DNA from: Chiloscyllium plagiosum
Lineage: Eukaryota
Reading direction: 5' to 3'
Length of the DNA: 64,000 nt
Assembly: GCF_004010195.1 (NCBI RefSeq)
Contig: NC_057719.1
Location: 78,911,678 to 78,975,677, forward strand
The position numbers and the translations under genes are program-made. The notes beneath the pieces are model-generated. The model ran no database searches. It was not told where the DNA came from and worked only from the letters and a program-made list of their open reading frames with translations. The stretch's first letter is position 1, and each line of letters starts with the position of its first letter. Positions 1 through 12,700 of the stretch are shown here, piece by piece.

Positions 1-148
1 CTCACTATTAACCCTTTCAGACCCATATTCAACACCACACTGCCTCTGTACAATACTGGAAATCAGCCTGGGTGATACACTCAGCTCTCTTCCCACAAGC
101 CTCTAGGATCGGCACTGCCCTGGGGTTATACGATCTTGCAAGACTTAC

Positions 149-274
149 GTGAGTTTAAGGTAAGGTGGCAATTATAGCCAGCCCAGCCTGCTCGACAGAG
201 ACAGGCATATCGGTTTACATCATCCACGCAGGTTCCACCATTGACACAGGGATTACTGGCACACTCGTTTATAT
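149..274 (-). CDS. FBLN7: Fibulin-7 coding exon 4 (calcium-binding EGF-like domain); gene continues past the window start
   Basis: Acceptor CCTTCAG|AT, donor TCAC|GTAAGT, 126 nt, phase 1-1; INECASNPCVNGGTCVDDVNRYACLCRAGWAGYNC has six-Cys EGF spacing. Confidence 0.95.
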
Positions 275-1129
275 CTGAAGGAAGAGATCGTAAGCAATGC
301 GCAGTATTAGATTTGAAGGTGGCATTGTATTCTGCAACTGGCAATCAATTTACACTTAAAACAGCACCCTTACCGAGGGAAATGGTCCCTCAGTGGCACT
401 TCCCAGAAGAAACCTGCACACTGAGCCCCAGAAGGAGATACTAGGGCAGGCGATGAGATAGGTTTAACAAAGGAGGAAAAGGTGAGGGGGTTTTAAGAGG
501 GGAATTCGGTAATTAAAGGTCAAAAGAAGGAATAAATTGACAATGGAGGAGCAAAGAAAATTGGAGATACAGAAAAGGCCAGAACTGGAAGAACCCCGAG
601 ATCTGGGAGGGGCTGTAGGATTTGAGAGGAATACAGAGGTAGTTGTGGAAGTACTTGATGCACATAACATACATCAGCGAGAACAGAAAATGATAGGCAA
701 ATAAGACTGGGACGATGTGAAGTGTAGCCCTCATCAGAACCCATTCACCAGCACAGACAGGTATCCTACCACAACTGCATGGAGTCAGTGGAGGGGTGCA
801 GCTCTGGATGGTCTAAGGAGTAGATGTGATACTTCTTGAACAGAAAAGCCTGTGGAGACTCAAGAGAAGAGAGTGGTACAGCCAAAGGCGTGAGCTGCTA
901 ATGATCTGTGGCCCACTCTCACTCTTTCCATTATACATACACACACACACACACGTATAATTGAGAACTATATCACACCCACATTATGGCAAGGAAACAT
1001 AATCAGCTCTGAAGAAAGTGCCAACGGCAATTTTCTGTTAGGTTAGACAGTGCACAACAGAGTCCCAGGCAGGGGTGAATACATTTAACGCAGTCTTTAA
1101 AACCTCAGCAATTTGTGCAAAACAAATGC

Positions 1130-1470
1130 TTCAGTTTCACACCCTTAGGACATACATGATGTATTTAGAAAGAGTAGTATCTCTAGCTATTGTAGTATAG
1201 GGGAAAGCAACAGATTTGTGCACAGCAAGATCCCGCAAGTAGCAATGGAAGAATTACCAGATTATCTTGTTTAGTGATACTGTCTGAGACCTGAATATTG
1301 ATCAGGACATCAGAAAGAACTTCTCTGAGCTTCTTGACAGATCGGTGTGGGATCATTTACAAAATACACTGCAACAGTGGGATTCACTCAATGCTACGGA
1401 TTCTTTGCTCTGGATTAGGATTTTAACCCATGATTGAGGTAGGAGCATCCCCAACTTAGCCACAAGGTGA
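1130..1470 (-). mobile_element. Degenerate Deu-domain SINE (SacSINE1/AmnSINE-like) fragment
   Basis: Reverse-strand motifs TTGTGCACAGCAAGATCCC...AATATTGATCAGGACA...GTGGGATC are shared with copies near 4915-5230, 30030-30480 and 31255-31490. Confidence 0.5.
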
Positions 1471-3326
1471 ACAAAAGCAATTCATACCACTTTGACATTG
1501 ACCGTGGCAATACAAGGTCTGATGTATACTATAAAGCAGGAAGTGATAATACATCCCTCAGAGAATCATGGAACAGGTGGTCTGTTCATTCTCTGAACAG
1601 GGCAAAAATATACCCCTCCTTGCCATCAACATCTGTATAGTAAGGGATCCCCTTGAGGACTATTACTTGATTTTAGGGGCTACTTTTTCATTCACACTTA
1701 ATCCTTTAACAGGTAATGGGGTTACAGTGTAACATTACCTCCTGTATTTTTATTTTTAAATAAAGGACATTTCGACTCACACAGAAGCAGAGAATTCATC
1801 ATCAATCTCAATAATTATAAACCTATCAAAATTTAAAGTTACAAAAGTCAATAAAAGCATCGATTTCCTTGATACCACAGTATTTAAATTGGTACAAGAC
1901 AAGTATAAATTGACCTTTCTTCCCCAATAGTAACTGATGAAGTGTTTCTGCACACAAAAAGCCATTAACCTAAACGCTGCTTTTGCAGCCTACTCCTGCC
2001 AAAGCTGGAGTTTTAACCAGGCACCTTTATTGTATATCTGATTTAAAAGTACAACAAGGGACAGTGTTCATTACAATGCCATCAGCTACAATCTTCCCTT
2101 TGGAGTAGCTCCCAAATAAATTCAATCTTAAACAAGAGACAACATTTTGATTCACATATAGTTCATTACATCAGTGATTTCCAACCTTCTTAGGTCCTAG
2201 CTAGCTGCATGTCCCTTTGTTGACAGGTTTGAAATTGTTCTCTCTTCTTTGCAGGCATTCTTTCCCCTTTCTCCAACATTGTAGCCTCTCTCCTTCTCAC
2301 CCACAAAGTTATTAAAGCCCTCCTCTCTCTCTCTTTTTCTCCTAGCATCATAACTCCACCAATTCTTTTGTGGCCTCCCATTTCTCCATATCATCATGCT
2401 CTAATTCTTTCACACACCCTCACCCCTCCACCCAGTCCCCTTGCAGCATCCCTGTTCACCTCAATTACTTTGTGTCCTCTCCGTCTCGCCCAGTTTCCTT
2501 GCAGCCTCCCTAATCCCTCACTTTTAATGGCTTCAAAGCATCTCTCCGCTCCCCCAGTCCTACAGCAGCAAGGCCCAGTCTTCAATCTCCTGCCCACACT
2601 TACACCTTCAGGTAGAGATTGTGTCTCTCTCCTGAGCAAACGCAGGAGCAAACTGGCCTGAGAACAGAGTGGTAGCAGGGTACTGTTGCCTTCAGTCCTA
2701 GTCTGGAGGGTGACCTTTCTGGGATTGGTCACCCCATGATTGAATTTTTCCAGCTGCAATTTGGAGATTACATAGGCAAAACTACCCGCCACTCCTGTGC
2801 ATTGTGAGTATTGCAATGAAGGCTAATATATTGAATACCCTCACCTGAGGAGTGGGATCGAATTGAAAAGCTCATCCCCAGCTGGCAGGGCCAGACTGAT
2901 TGCTTTGGCTAGTTTTGATCACCTCAAGGAGGTTGGGAGAGGAATTTCCCGCATTGATTGTACAACCGTTCTGAGGTGCATCTGGTATTTTGTCTTTGTC
3001 AGAAGGTCAGATGTTATCTGGAATGGCAGACACTATTATTGTGATGCTCAAGGCATCGTAATTGTGTGGGCTAGGCTGGATGGACTAAATGGCCTTTTGT
3101 CTGTACCTCTCCGGATATTGTCACAGTACTATATTAGTGAGAATTGCAGGAGACTACTCTCATCATTTTGCTCTCTGTGCGTTCAGACATACCTTGGAGC
3201 TAATTTTACGTGACCCATGTTTTCCAAACTGATCTGATTTTTCTCTCTCGTCTCTTGCATCCTTCAACAAAACTACGCGTAATTATCCAGCACCTTCTTT
3301 TTTTGACAAATTATAATCAGCGATCG

Positions 3327-3650
3327 AGGAGGTGATGGCCTAGTGGAATTATCACTGGACTGTTAATGCAGAGACCCAGTAATGTTCTGGGGACCTGGGT
3401 TTGAATCCCACTGGAACAGATGGTGGAATCTGAATACAATAAATATCTGGAATTAGGAATCTAAGGATGACCATTGTCAGAAAATCTGGTTCACAAATGG
3501 CCTTTATGGAAGAAATCTGCCAGCCTTACCTGGTCTTACCTACATGTGATTCCAGACCCACAGCAATGTGCTTGCCTCTTAACTGCCCTCTGGGCAATAA
3601 ATGATGGGTCTAGCTAGTGATGCCCACATCATGTGAATAACTTTTTTTAA
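3327..3650 (+). mobile_element. tRNA-headed SINE with LINE-derived 3' tail
   Basis: A-box-like TGGCCTAGTGG and B-box-like GGTTTGAATCCC; tail GGGCAATAAATGATGGGTCTAGCTAGTGATGCCCACATC resembles the LINE 3' ends at ~26950-27020 and ~38065-38110. Confidence 0.7.
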
Positions 3651-4605
3651 AAGGCACTAGTTGTGCAATGCTCTTCCACATGGTGGAGAATATGGTTTCT
3701 TGAAACCACCAGCTGTTTTCAGTTAAAACTTGATATCTTCTATCCATTTGTCAAAACTGTCTCCAGTTAACTTGCCTATTTTAGTATTTTTAACATCCTG
3801 ATCAAACCTCCACTCACTTTCCTCATGTCAGTTTAATAGACATCAATACAATCTTCTCTATTCTTAAACAGCACACATTTGTCTCAGTATTAATTCAGGC
3901 ATTTGTATTATTCATTATCACCAGTCTTGTAATTCTACAAAGTGGGTCCAAGTGACTATGTCTTTTCTTTATGAAACAACACTTGTATATTTCACTGTTG
4001 ACTCCTGTATATATGCACACTGGCTGAAGAAAATTGTACTCACTCTCCACCACTGTACAACACTTGCCCCTTTGTTAATTCCTGTACACATACACAGCGA
4101 ATAAAATGAAGTAACTCATTCACATCTGCTGACCTGGGTAAGAGAGAGCAGTTCAATCATGAACATTAGTGGATTTGATTCTGCTCCAATACAAATTGTT
4201 ATTCAATTCTATAAAGGTGATTACTGTAATTAGAGGGTTAGTGAAGTGAGATACAGTAATGGAACGCACAAGTTTACCAAAATATCACCTTTACAATGTA
4301 ATCCAAGAAGATTGAACACTTAAGAAGTTACAGTTATTATTAATTATCAAAGTGGTTGGTGCTTGCAAGTCTACGTAATAAAATAGGTTATGTCAGCTCA
4401 ACAAATGCCTTTGAACGAATGTCAAAGTAAGTTCTTCTACCCTTATAAAGGAATAGTCTGCTGTGAGCCTCTGGGTTGGAGTTTTTCAGCAGGAATAATG
4501 TATAGTTATATTGTGGACACACCAGCAGAGAGTGCTTTAAACCAGTAGTTTCTGGCTTGCATTATAAATATTTATTCTTTACCTCATTTAGTGCTGCACA
4601 CTTAC

Positions 4606-4776
4606 TTTTACAGAAAGGCAGTTGTCCACTCCACGTCTTATCTTTGAGGCACACCCTGGTATTTGATCCCACTAAGACAAAACCAGGATCGCAGGCAAAG
4701 TGTACCTCATGACCAACTAAATATCTGCTTCCAAACTTCTTTCCGTTATTTGGAGCGTTGAGTTTGGGACAAGTTT
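4606..4776 (-). CDS. FBLN7: Fibulin-7 coding exon 3 (sushi/CCP domain)
   Basis: Acceptor TTTCCACAG|AA, donor AAA A|GTAAG, 171 nt, phase 1-1. TCPKLNAPNNGKKFGSRYLVGHEVHFACDPGFVLVGSNTRVCLKDKTWSGQLPFC is a four-Cys CCP domain resembling FBLN7 GRKFGSKYLVDHEVHF. Confidence 0.95.
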
Positions 4777-6291
4777 CTGTGGAAACAAAACGTAGAAAGT
4801 GAAACTGAAGAGAGACAAGAGTGCAGGTTACTATAGTAAAGGAGAGTTTCTGGTCAGGGCCTGTGGCCTTAAAAAAGAAAAAAACTTTCAACAAGGAACA
4901 ACTTTTACAACCTGACAACATGTTAAAGTGTGTAACAGACACATGCCTGTGTTATTATTTGCCAAGTATTCACGGTTGTGATGTAGGAATTGCAGCGACC
5001 AATTTGCACGCAGCAAAATCCAACAACAGAGATACATGACCAGAGCTTTGATTTATCATCCTGAGAAGTATTTTAATTTGAACTGTGAAAGCTAACAGGA
5101 TCTTGACTTTACACCTCATGCAAAGAATGCCACATTTCTAAGTATCACACTAAAGAGAAAACAGAGATTATGAGCTCCTATCTCCAGAACGGGGCTTGAA
5201 CTCACCCAGACAGTGAAGGAAGAAGGGCAAGTAAATATGGCCACAATGAAAGAATTAAAAGTTATTTGCCTCTAAGTAAGAGCATAAAGAATTTCTTCAA
5301 CATTTACATGGGAAGATAGACACACAAAAACTGCACACCAGCATATTTCTTCCAATACATCATCAGGAAAGACAATGTTAGACTTCAGAAAAATGTTGTG
5401 GTCGTATCTTAACAGATACTAGGGAGAGGAGGTCTCAAGTTGTCATGGTGATGTTCTCACTTGGAGTCAGAAGGTGGTGTTTCCATGTCCCAGTAAAAAT
5501 GGATGCAGATGAAAGTGGGTTGGAAAAGGAGAAAATGGCAGCCTCGTTAATCAAGCACTTTGCACCTGTTTTCACAACAGAAGAAGACGACAAAATCCGT
5601 AGTACCAGACAACCTTAAAACAAATCAGGGAAGTGAGCTTAATCGGTTTACACAGAGATATTAACAGGAGTCCAAGGGACAAAAACTTCTATAATCTGAT
5701 GCTTTCTGCCAGAGTTTGTTTTTGAAAAATACGTGGTAAAAAGACATGTCGGAATTTTTTACAGATCAATAAATTCAAGGGGTTGTGGGAAATTTACCAA
5801 TGTCACTTCATTACTTACAATGGGAGGGCAGGAGGAACCAGCTGCCCACAGATAAGTCAGTGTAGTATCAATTATGGGGAAATTACTCAAGTCCTAGGAA
5901 ATCACCAGTTCAGGAAATTTCAGGAAATCACCAGTCCTGCAATAAGTTGTTTCATGCCCTTTTACACGTTTGATAAGAGTTATCAAAAATGTCTCGGGTG
6001 ATAGATTTCAGCAGTGTTAGATATTTTAGGCCTCTTTATCTTCACATGCTCTATCACCCTGAACCCATACCTGCTTAAAAACCATTCATTTCACCGGTTC
6101 TGACACAAAGTATTTAATTTGGAACATTAACTAGAAGCTTTTATTTTATTTCCCCAGAAATGCTGTGTGATATGCTGTGTGTTTCCAGATAGAATCAATG
6201 TGAGTGTATAAAGTTGAGATTTAGATCAGTCCAACTGAAAAGTGGCGCATACACTCAAAAGGCTAATTGGGCTGGTCCTCTTTCTCATTTC

Positions 6292-6418
6292 TGAAATAAC
6301 TGCACAAGGCCAGTATTCCATCACCAAGTCCCCCTTTATTTACATGTGGAAAGTCCTGACACTGATCCAACTCCCTCAGAGCCAGCTCTCAGAGTTAACA
6401 GGAAGTCTGACACTCCTG
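6292..6418 (-). mobile_element. 3' half of a Gypsy-type LTR, same family as 28732-29997
   Basis: Reverse complement CAGGAGTGTCAGACTTCCTGTTAACTCTGAGAGCTGGCTCTGAGGGAG...TGTAAATAAAGGG...GTTATTTCA aligns with 29879-29997; contains AATAAA and ends in CA. Confidence 0.8.
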
Positions 6419-9400
6419 GGTTTTTTTTTTAAATTTTGTTTTTCCCTTTTGTTTTCTTCTTTTTTTGTGTGTGCGCGCGCAGGTGTGAGACATAGTGAAA
6501 GATACAAGGTGCACAAATCTTTATTCAATTTTCCACCACCAGGAAGAAAAGAAACACTCAAGTGGCCAGTGACAAGCAGTGCCCTTCTCATCAAAGTGTG
6601 ATCAAACAGTGAGGGGAAGGGCAGGGACTAAATCACAATAGAGTTGGAGGGGGAAATAATGCACTCCACTCCCTGCAGCACCCACCTCTCCCTGAACAAC
6701 TCCAGGGTGTTGGTGGACACCGTGTACTCCTTTTCCAGAGACACCAGGCCCTAACGTAACCGCGGAAGAGGGGCAGGCAGTCAGCCCCAACAACTCCCTC
6801 CACGGCCCGCTGCCTGGACCTGTTTATGGCCACTTTGGCCAGGCCCAGGAGCAGACCCATGAGGAGGTCTTCAGACCTGCCCTCCCTCCTCCGTAACGGG
6901 TGCCCGAAGATCAGTAGCGTGGGACTGAAGTGCAACTGAAAGCAGAGGAGAGGTTTTTAAGAAAATCAAAGAGGGAGTGCAAGTGCCCACACCCAATATA
7001 TACATGGTCCACGGACTCCACAGCACCACAGAACAAGCAGCTGGGCTGGGAGTCCATGAACCACCACAATCTGCGATTGCAGGGGACTGCTGCGTGCAGC
7101 ACCCTCCATCCCAGATCCCCGAGAGAAAGGGGGAAGGACTCCCACATAGAGAGCCCTCCACTGGGCATCTCCACCATCCGGTTCAAATGGCCACGCCAAG
7201 GTGTATCCGGACGGTGGATGAGGGAGAAGAGGTGGACGGTGTGCAGTAGCAGTTGATACAGGGCCCGCCTTTTTACGTCCTTAAAAGGGACAAAATTAAA
7301 ATTCCGGAGGCGGCTCAGGTTGTGGGGCATAGGCTCCCGCGGGAAGTACGGGACCTTGGGGCCAATGTGAAATTCCATCCAGGCAGGGGTTAGCACGGAC
7401 AGATACCACCGCACACCTGAGCGTCCTCCAACTGGTGCACTACGTCGGGTCCAAGCACCGCCGTTTTAAGGCGTCGGATGGCAGTGACCACATACCGGAT
7501 GTCTAACATTGCCCTGCGCGCCATGTCCTGCGGCAGCGTCCAGCACAGGCCTCCAGCACGTCCCCGACCCTGGTCGCCCTCGCCGCCACGGCCCTCCCCT
7601 CTGACAGCCAGTCCAACCCACGAGTATGGAGGTGCGGATTCCTGAGCAATGACTCCCCGATGACAGCCGCTACTCCAGCCGGAGGGTAGGCGCGACGCGA
7701 TTCGACCATGTTCCAGACAGTGATCAGGTCCTGGTAAAAGACAGGCAGCGTCTTGAGGGCGACCTCCAAACCGTCACGGTCGACGAACAGGAGCTGCGTG
7801 TCGTAGTTGAGGTTATGCACCTGGCGGAAAAAATACGTCGCCAGGGCGCACCATCTAGGAGGAGGCACGACGTAAAGGTATCGCCGCAAGGTCTGAAGGC
7901 GGAACGTCGCGACCTGGGTGCGGGCGCACACCAGCGACTGACCGCCCTCCTCAATAGGGAGACTCAGAGCCTGCGCGGCGACCCAGTGCATCTTTTTGTC
8001 CCAGAAGAAATCGACCAACGTTCTCTGGATGTCAGCGACAAAGCCAGGAGGAGGGACCAAAGTGACCAGCCGGTACCACAGCATGGCGGCCACCAGCTGG
8101 TTTATGACCAGCACTTGACTCCTGTAAGATAGCACTCGGAGCAGTCCTGTCCAGTGGCCTAGGCGAGCCGAGACTTTGGCCTCCAGCTCCTGCCAGGAGG
8201 CCTCAGCCGGCCTGAGGTAGACCCCCAGGTAGAGGACATGGGTGGTACTCCAGCTGAACCCCCGTAACTCCTCCGGCAGAGAGTCCACCCACAGACCAAC
8301 CAGTAGTCCGGAACATTTGGCCCAGTTGATCCTGGCGGAAGACACTGCAGAGTACATGGCCTGGCACTCGTGCATCCTCCCCAGGTCAGCTGGGTCAGTG
8401 AAAGTGAGGGGCACGTCATCGGCGTAGGCCGAGAGGACCACCTCCATGCCCGTGCCACGCAGAACCAGCCCTGACAACCGCCTCCGCAAGAGGCTCAGGA
8501 AAGATCCACACACAGGGAATACAGCTGGCCGGACAGGGGGCAGCCTTGACGCACTCCTCTCCCGAAGCGAAGGGGCGCCGTCAGGGACCCGATAACTTTA
8601 ACTAGACACTCTGCGGCGGCGTACAAAAGTCGGATCCGGACGACGAACTGCATCCCGAACCCGAATGCCCGCAGAGTCCCGAGCAGGTACTCGTGATCAA
8701 CCCTGTCGAACACCTTCTCCTGGTCAAGAGACAGGAAGGCACTCGGCAGACCAGCCCGTCGACAGAAACGGATCAGGTCCCAGACCAGGTGGACGTTGTC
8801 GTATATCCTCCGGCCCGGGACTGTGTAGGACTGGTCCGGGTGAATCACGTGGGTCAGCACGGAAGCCAGGCGAGAAGACAACACCCTGGCGAAGATTTTG
8901 TAGTCCGTGCTGAGGAGGGAGACTGGACGCCAGTTCTTCAAAGAACGAAGGTCTCCCTTCTTTGGCAGCAGGACGATGACCGCCCTGTGCCAAGAAAGAG
9001 GCAGCTCTCCGGCATTTAGACACTCCCTCAGGACCCGTGCATAGTCACTCCCCAGGACGTCCCAGAACACCCTGGAGAACTCCACAGTCAGCCTGTCCAG
9101 CCCGGTCGAGAGCGCCAGTAGGCTCCTCTAAAGTGACGGGAGCATAGAGCCTTCCAGCATCCTCTGGGCCGAGCTGCGGCAGGTCCTTCCACAGAGCTCT
9201 GCGAGCATCCTCGCAGGGAGGATCCTGAGAGAACAGAGCCGTATAAAATAGTTTCGGAGGTGGGCCCTGATACCCTCCGGATCCGAGACGAGGGACCAGT
9301 CGTCAGCCAGCAGCACAAGGAGCTGCTGACAGGTGCCACGCCTTTTTTTCCAGGAAGTAGATGAAGGGGGAGCCACGGGCCAGGTCCTGGAGGAGCTGGA

Positions 9401-10710
9401 TCCACGAGCTCACGTATGCGCCCTGAGCCCCAATGAGCTGCAGGCCCTGCAGCGCAGCCTTCTCTTCATACACCCCGCGCAGGGCCGGGCATCTCCTTCT
9501 CCAACTCCCCGATCCTGGATTTCCGTCTCTTTGTTGACCCCCTCGCGTACCCCTGACAGAGAATGCGGATGTGAGCTTTGCCCACATCCCACCATAGCCT
9601 CAGGGAGGGAGAAGCTTCCCCGCTTCCTTCTCCAGCCGGCCCAGAAACGACGAAACAAGTCCCGGTACCGCTCGTCCTCCAGCAGCAGGTTGTTAAAGTG
9701 CCAGTACGCGGAGCCGAGCCTGGCGCCGAACGGACGGAGTTCCGCCCACACCAGGTGATGGTCCATGCATGACACCTGCCGCATGGACGCCGTCGGAAAA
9801 CAGGAGGCGCACACCCGCAAAACGTACAGGCGGTCGATTCTGGATGCTCCGACGAAGGTGAAGGCGATGGAGTCAGGATGGAGATTCCGCCAGGCGTCCA
9901 CCAGGTCTAAGGACTTGACCAAGCCCCCCAACCTCCTCCCCTACGCCCAACTAGTGCGGGCACCGCCGTGGTCTGTCCTCAAGGATGCAGTTAAAATCTC
10001 CCCCGAGGACGACGCACACACTCTTATTGATGGAGGCGAGATGAGTGGACCCTTCTCCGAAGAAACTCGCTTGCCTCCGCCCGGCCAAGGGAGCGTAGAT
10101 GTTCATCAAGTGAAGCACCGCGCCCCGCAGCCGAACCGTCAGTTGAAGCAAACGGCCTGGCACAGGCTCCCTGAACCCCAAGGTCTGCAGCTGAAAATGC
10201 AGGGTCAACAAGATGGCCACCCCGCCAGATCTGCGGGTGAAGTGACTCATGTAGACTCCCCCTTGTCACTCCAGGAGCCAGGTGGCTTCGTCTCCCGGGG
10301 TGATGTGGGTTTCTTGCAGGAAGCACACCGCATACCTCCCGTCCCGAAGGACCGAGAGGGTCTGGAATCTGCGCTGTGACTCCCTGCTGCCGTTGATGTT
10401 GAGGCTGGCTATAGTTGTCTTCATGTTGGAAGCGTTATGCAACCACCACCAATACAGTTAAAAACTATATACATTTATTGGGAGGATGAGGGAGGGGCAC
10501 AGAAGTCCCTCACCCTCACCAGGAGTGCCCCCAGGAAGTTCCTGACTCACTATCGCTCATTAGCGTCGAGCCCAGGTGCCTGGCGAGCAGCGTGGGCCGA
10601 TGAGTACACTCTCTCAAAGGAGCTCCATCGGTCGAGCGCCAGTTGGGTGACTCAGAGTTTCCTCGACAAACTCCCAGAGTTCCTGGGGGGGGATGAGGGA
10701 GAGATCGGTG
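6419..10710 (-). mobile_element. Tx1-clade (L1 group) non-LTR retrotransposon, 5'-truncated, with A-rich tail
   Basis: GC- and CpG-rich block containing a frameshifted ORF2, a probable ORF1 3' remnant (~10500-10710), a 3'UTR with AATAAA and an A-rich tail at ~6421-6466. Confidence 0.92.
6633..10424 (-). pseudogene. Tx1 ORF2 (APE endonuclease, reverse transcriptase, C-terminal Cys/His domain), frameshifted
   Basis: ATG at 10424: MKTTIASLNING...FLQETH...GGDFNC...SRIDRLY...MDHHLV (APE); KNWRPVSLL, LDQEKVFDRVDH, GVRQGCPLSG, AYADDV (RT); CLFCGAVESVDHVYIGC. Split over several frames. Confidence 0.9.
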
Positions 10711-10799
10711 GAGGCAAAAGTACAGTTGAGGTTTTAAATACTTTGCACTTAAATTTGCCTTTCGGTCAGATAGTGCTCAATATCCTGGTGAGAGGAGGA

Positions 10800-11180
10800 T
10801 TCTCAGTTACTAGAAGATTATAAAATTAATGAAGTGGAGGTATTGGATAAGCTGTCGGTATTTACAGTTGAAGCAGCTCTGGGACATGAGCATAATTTTT
10901 CAGTCTTCCCTGGAATTGGGGGTCTGTGCAGGAGGACTGGAGAATTATAAACATATTGCCCTTGTTCAAAAAAAAAACCTTATAAAAGATAGGCCAAGCA
11001 AGTACAGACCAGGCAGTTTAACTGTGCTGGGGCAAGTTTGAGAAACCGTTAACAGGGTAAAACTAACAGTCATGTGGGAAAATATGAATTTATTCAAGTG
11101 TTGGCTTGGATTTGTTAAGGAATTTTGCGTCTAACTTGTTGGCGTTTTTGAAGCGGTGGTAGTGAGGGTTGATGAGGAAA
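10800..11180 (+). mobile_element. Degenerate CR1 LINE RT fragment
   Basis: IIFQSSLELG...LVQKK...DRPSKYRPGSLT, a CR1 RT N-terminal pattern. Confidence 0.6.
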
Positions 11181-11189
11181 AGGCTATTA

Positions 11190-11400
11190 CCTTGGAGGAA
11201 AGTGCACAACCTAGAAAGTCTGGTTTGGAACAGTTAAACTGCTTAGCAATGTCCAAATCAGGACCAATTAAAATGAAGGTCTGGTTAAATGGTCACCCTG
11301 TTCTAATGGAGGATGATACCGGCATGGCTGTTTCAGTAATCGCAGAACCAGTCTTTAACAAAATTCGGGGTGGACACTAACTCTTATGTTTATGCACGAC
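11190..11400 (+). mobile_element. Gypsy aspartic protease remnant
   Basis: GPIKMKVWLNGHPVLMEDDTGMAVSVI contains a retropepsin DTG motif. Confidence 0.65.
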
Positions 11401-11979
11401 TTCCATTTGACTGAGACTGGAATCGAGCCTGGGTTCCTGGCACTGTAAGGCAGCAGTGCTAACCACTGAGCCATGTGCTGCCCATATTTGGCCTTACTCC
11501 TCTATTTGCCAACCTTTTACTGTTGAGGTGCCTATAGAAGACTTTGGGATTTCTCTTTGTTAGCTGCCAGTTTTTTTTATGTGAACCCTTTTTGCTTATT
11601 CACCTCCCTACCTATTCAGTGCCATTTACATCCTTACAACTGTTATAAACACTCTTCGACTCTAATTTATTTTTGTCATCCAGGCGGCAGCTTCAGATTG
11701 GTTTATCCCACATTTCTGTTCTTGCCCCATTGAAGTTGGTTCTTCACTAGGTAATTATTCTTACTCTGGAATGACTTATTTTCCACTGTCATTTTAAACA
11801 TTATGATATAACAATCATTCTACCTCAACTGTTTCTCCATTGTCACTTGATCCACTGGCTCACCTAATTTCCAAGAACTCGGTCTAGCAATGCTTCCTTT
11901 CTCATTGGACTGACCTCATTCTACTGTGAGAAGTTTACCCTAATACAATCCAACTGCATCACCCCTCACTGCCCTCATA

Positions 11980-12243
11980 TAGATTACTTACAGTGTGGAA
12001 AAAGGCCCTTCGGCCCAACAAGTCCACACTGACCCGCGACCCACCCAGACCCATTCCCCTACACCTAATACTACGGGGCAATTTAGCATGGCTAATTCAC
12101 CTGACCTGCACATCTTTGGACTGTGGGAGGAAACCCACGCAGACAATGTGCAAACTCCACGCAGTCAGTCGCCTGAGTCGGGAATTGAACCCGGGTCTTA
12201 TGGCACTATGAGGCAGCAGTGCTAACCACTATGCCACCGTGCC
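11980..12243 (-). mobile_element. V-SINE (HE1-like tRNA-derived shark SINE)
   Basis: Reverse strand GGCACGGTGGCATAGTGGTTAGCACTGCTGCCTC...GGTTCAATTCCCG...TGTGGAGTTTGCACATT...GTGCAGGTCAGGTGAATT, with a CR1-like tail. Confidence 0.85.
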
Positions 12244-12249
12244 GGGCCT

Positions 12250-12700
12250 GGGACATTGGGAATGTAAGGATAATTAAAATCATCCAGACTAACTACTCTA
12301 TGATATTTACATATCTCTATAATTTCCCTGCAGATTTGTTCCTCTTCATTGTTCCCATGATCTGTAGTGTACTCTGAGAAAAGCAGTTCCACCCTCATTT
12401 CTTTACTCAAATTAATTCTGTCCTAGGACCCTCTGAAATCATCTAATCCTCCAGTAGTACAATGCTATCCTTAGGCAAAAATGTCACCCCTCCTTGTATT
12501 TATCCTTTCTTTTTTTTTGAATACCTTGTAACCTGGAATATTTAACACCCAGACCTACCCTTCCCTGAGTCTTTGTTATGGCCATGTCATCATAATGCCA
12601 CATGACAAATCTGTGTCTGTAACTTGCCAATCTTACTAACTATACTCTGTTCATCACATACATACAGTGTAAATCTGATTTCTCCCTTACTCTGGCTCTG
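12250..12700 (-). mobile_element. Degenerate CR1 endonuclease fragment
   Basis: EEQICREIIEICKYHRVVSLDDFNYP resembles the CR1 APE motif VIMGDFNYP. Confidence 0.55.

Noticed and set aside
126..4942. Assigning the sushi and EGF exons to SVEP1, a selectin or a Notch-like gene
   Set aside because: The upstream coiled-coil exon and the GKKFGSRYLVGHEVHF motif fit fibulin-7.
9765..10379. 204-aa plus-strand ORF and other plus-strand ORFs within 6900-10800
   Set aside because: Antisense shadows of the GC-rich Tx1 ORF2.
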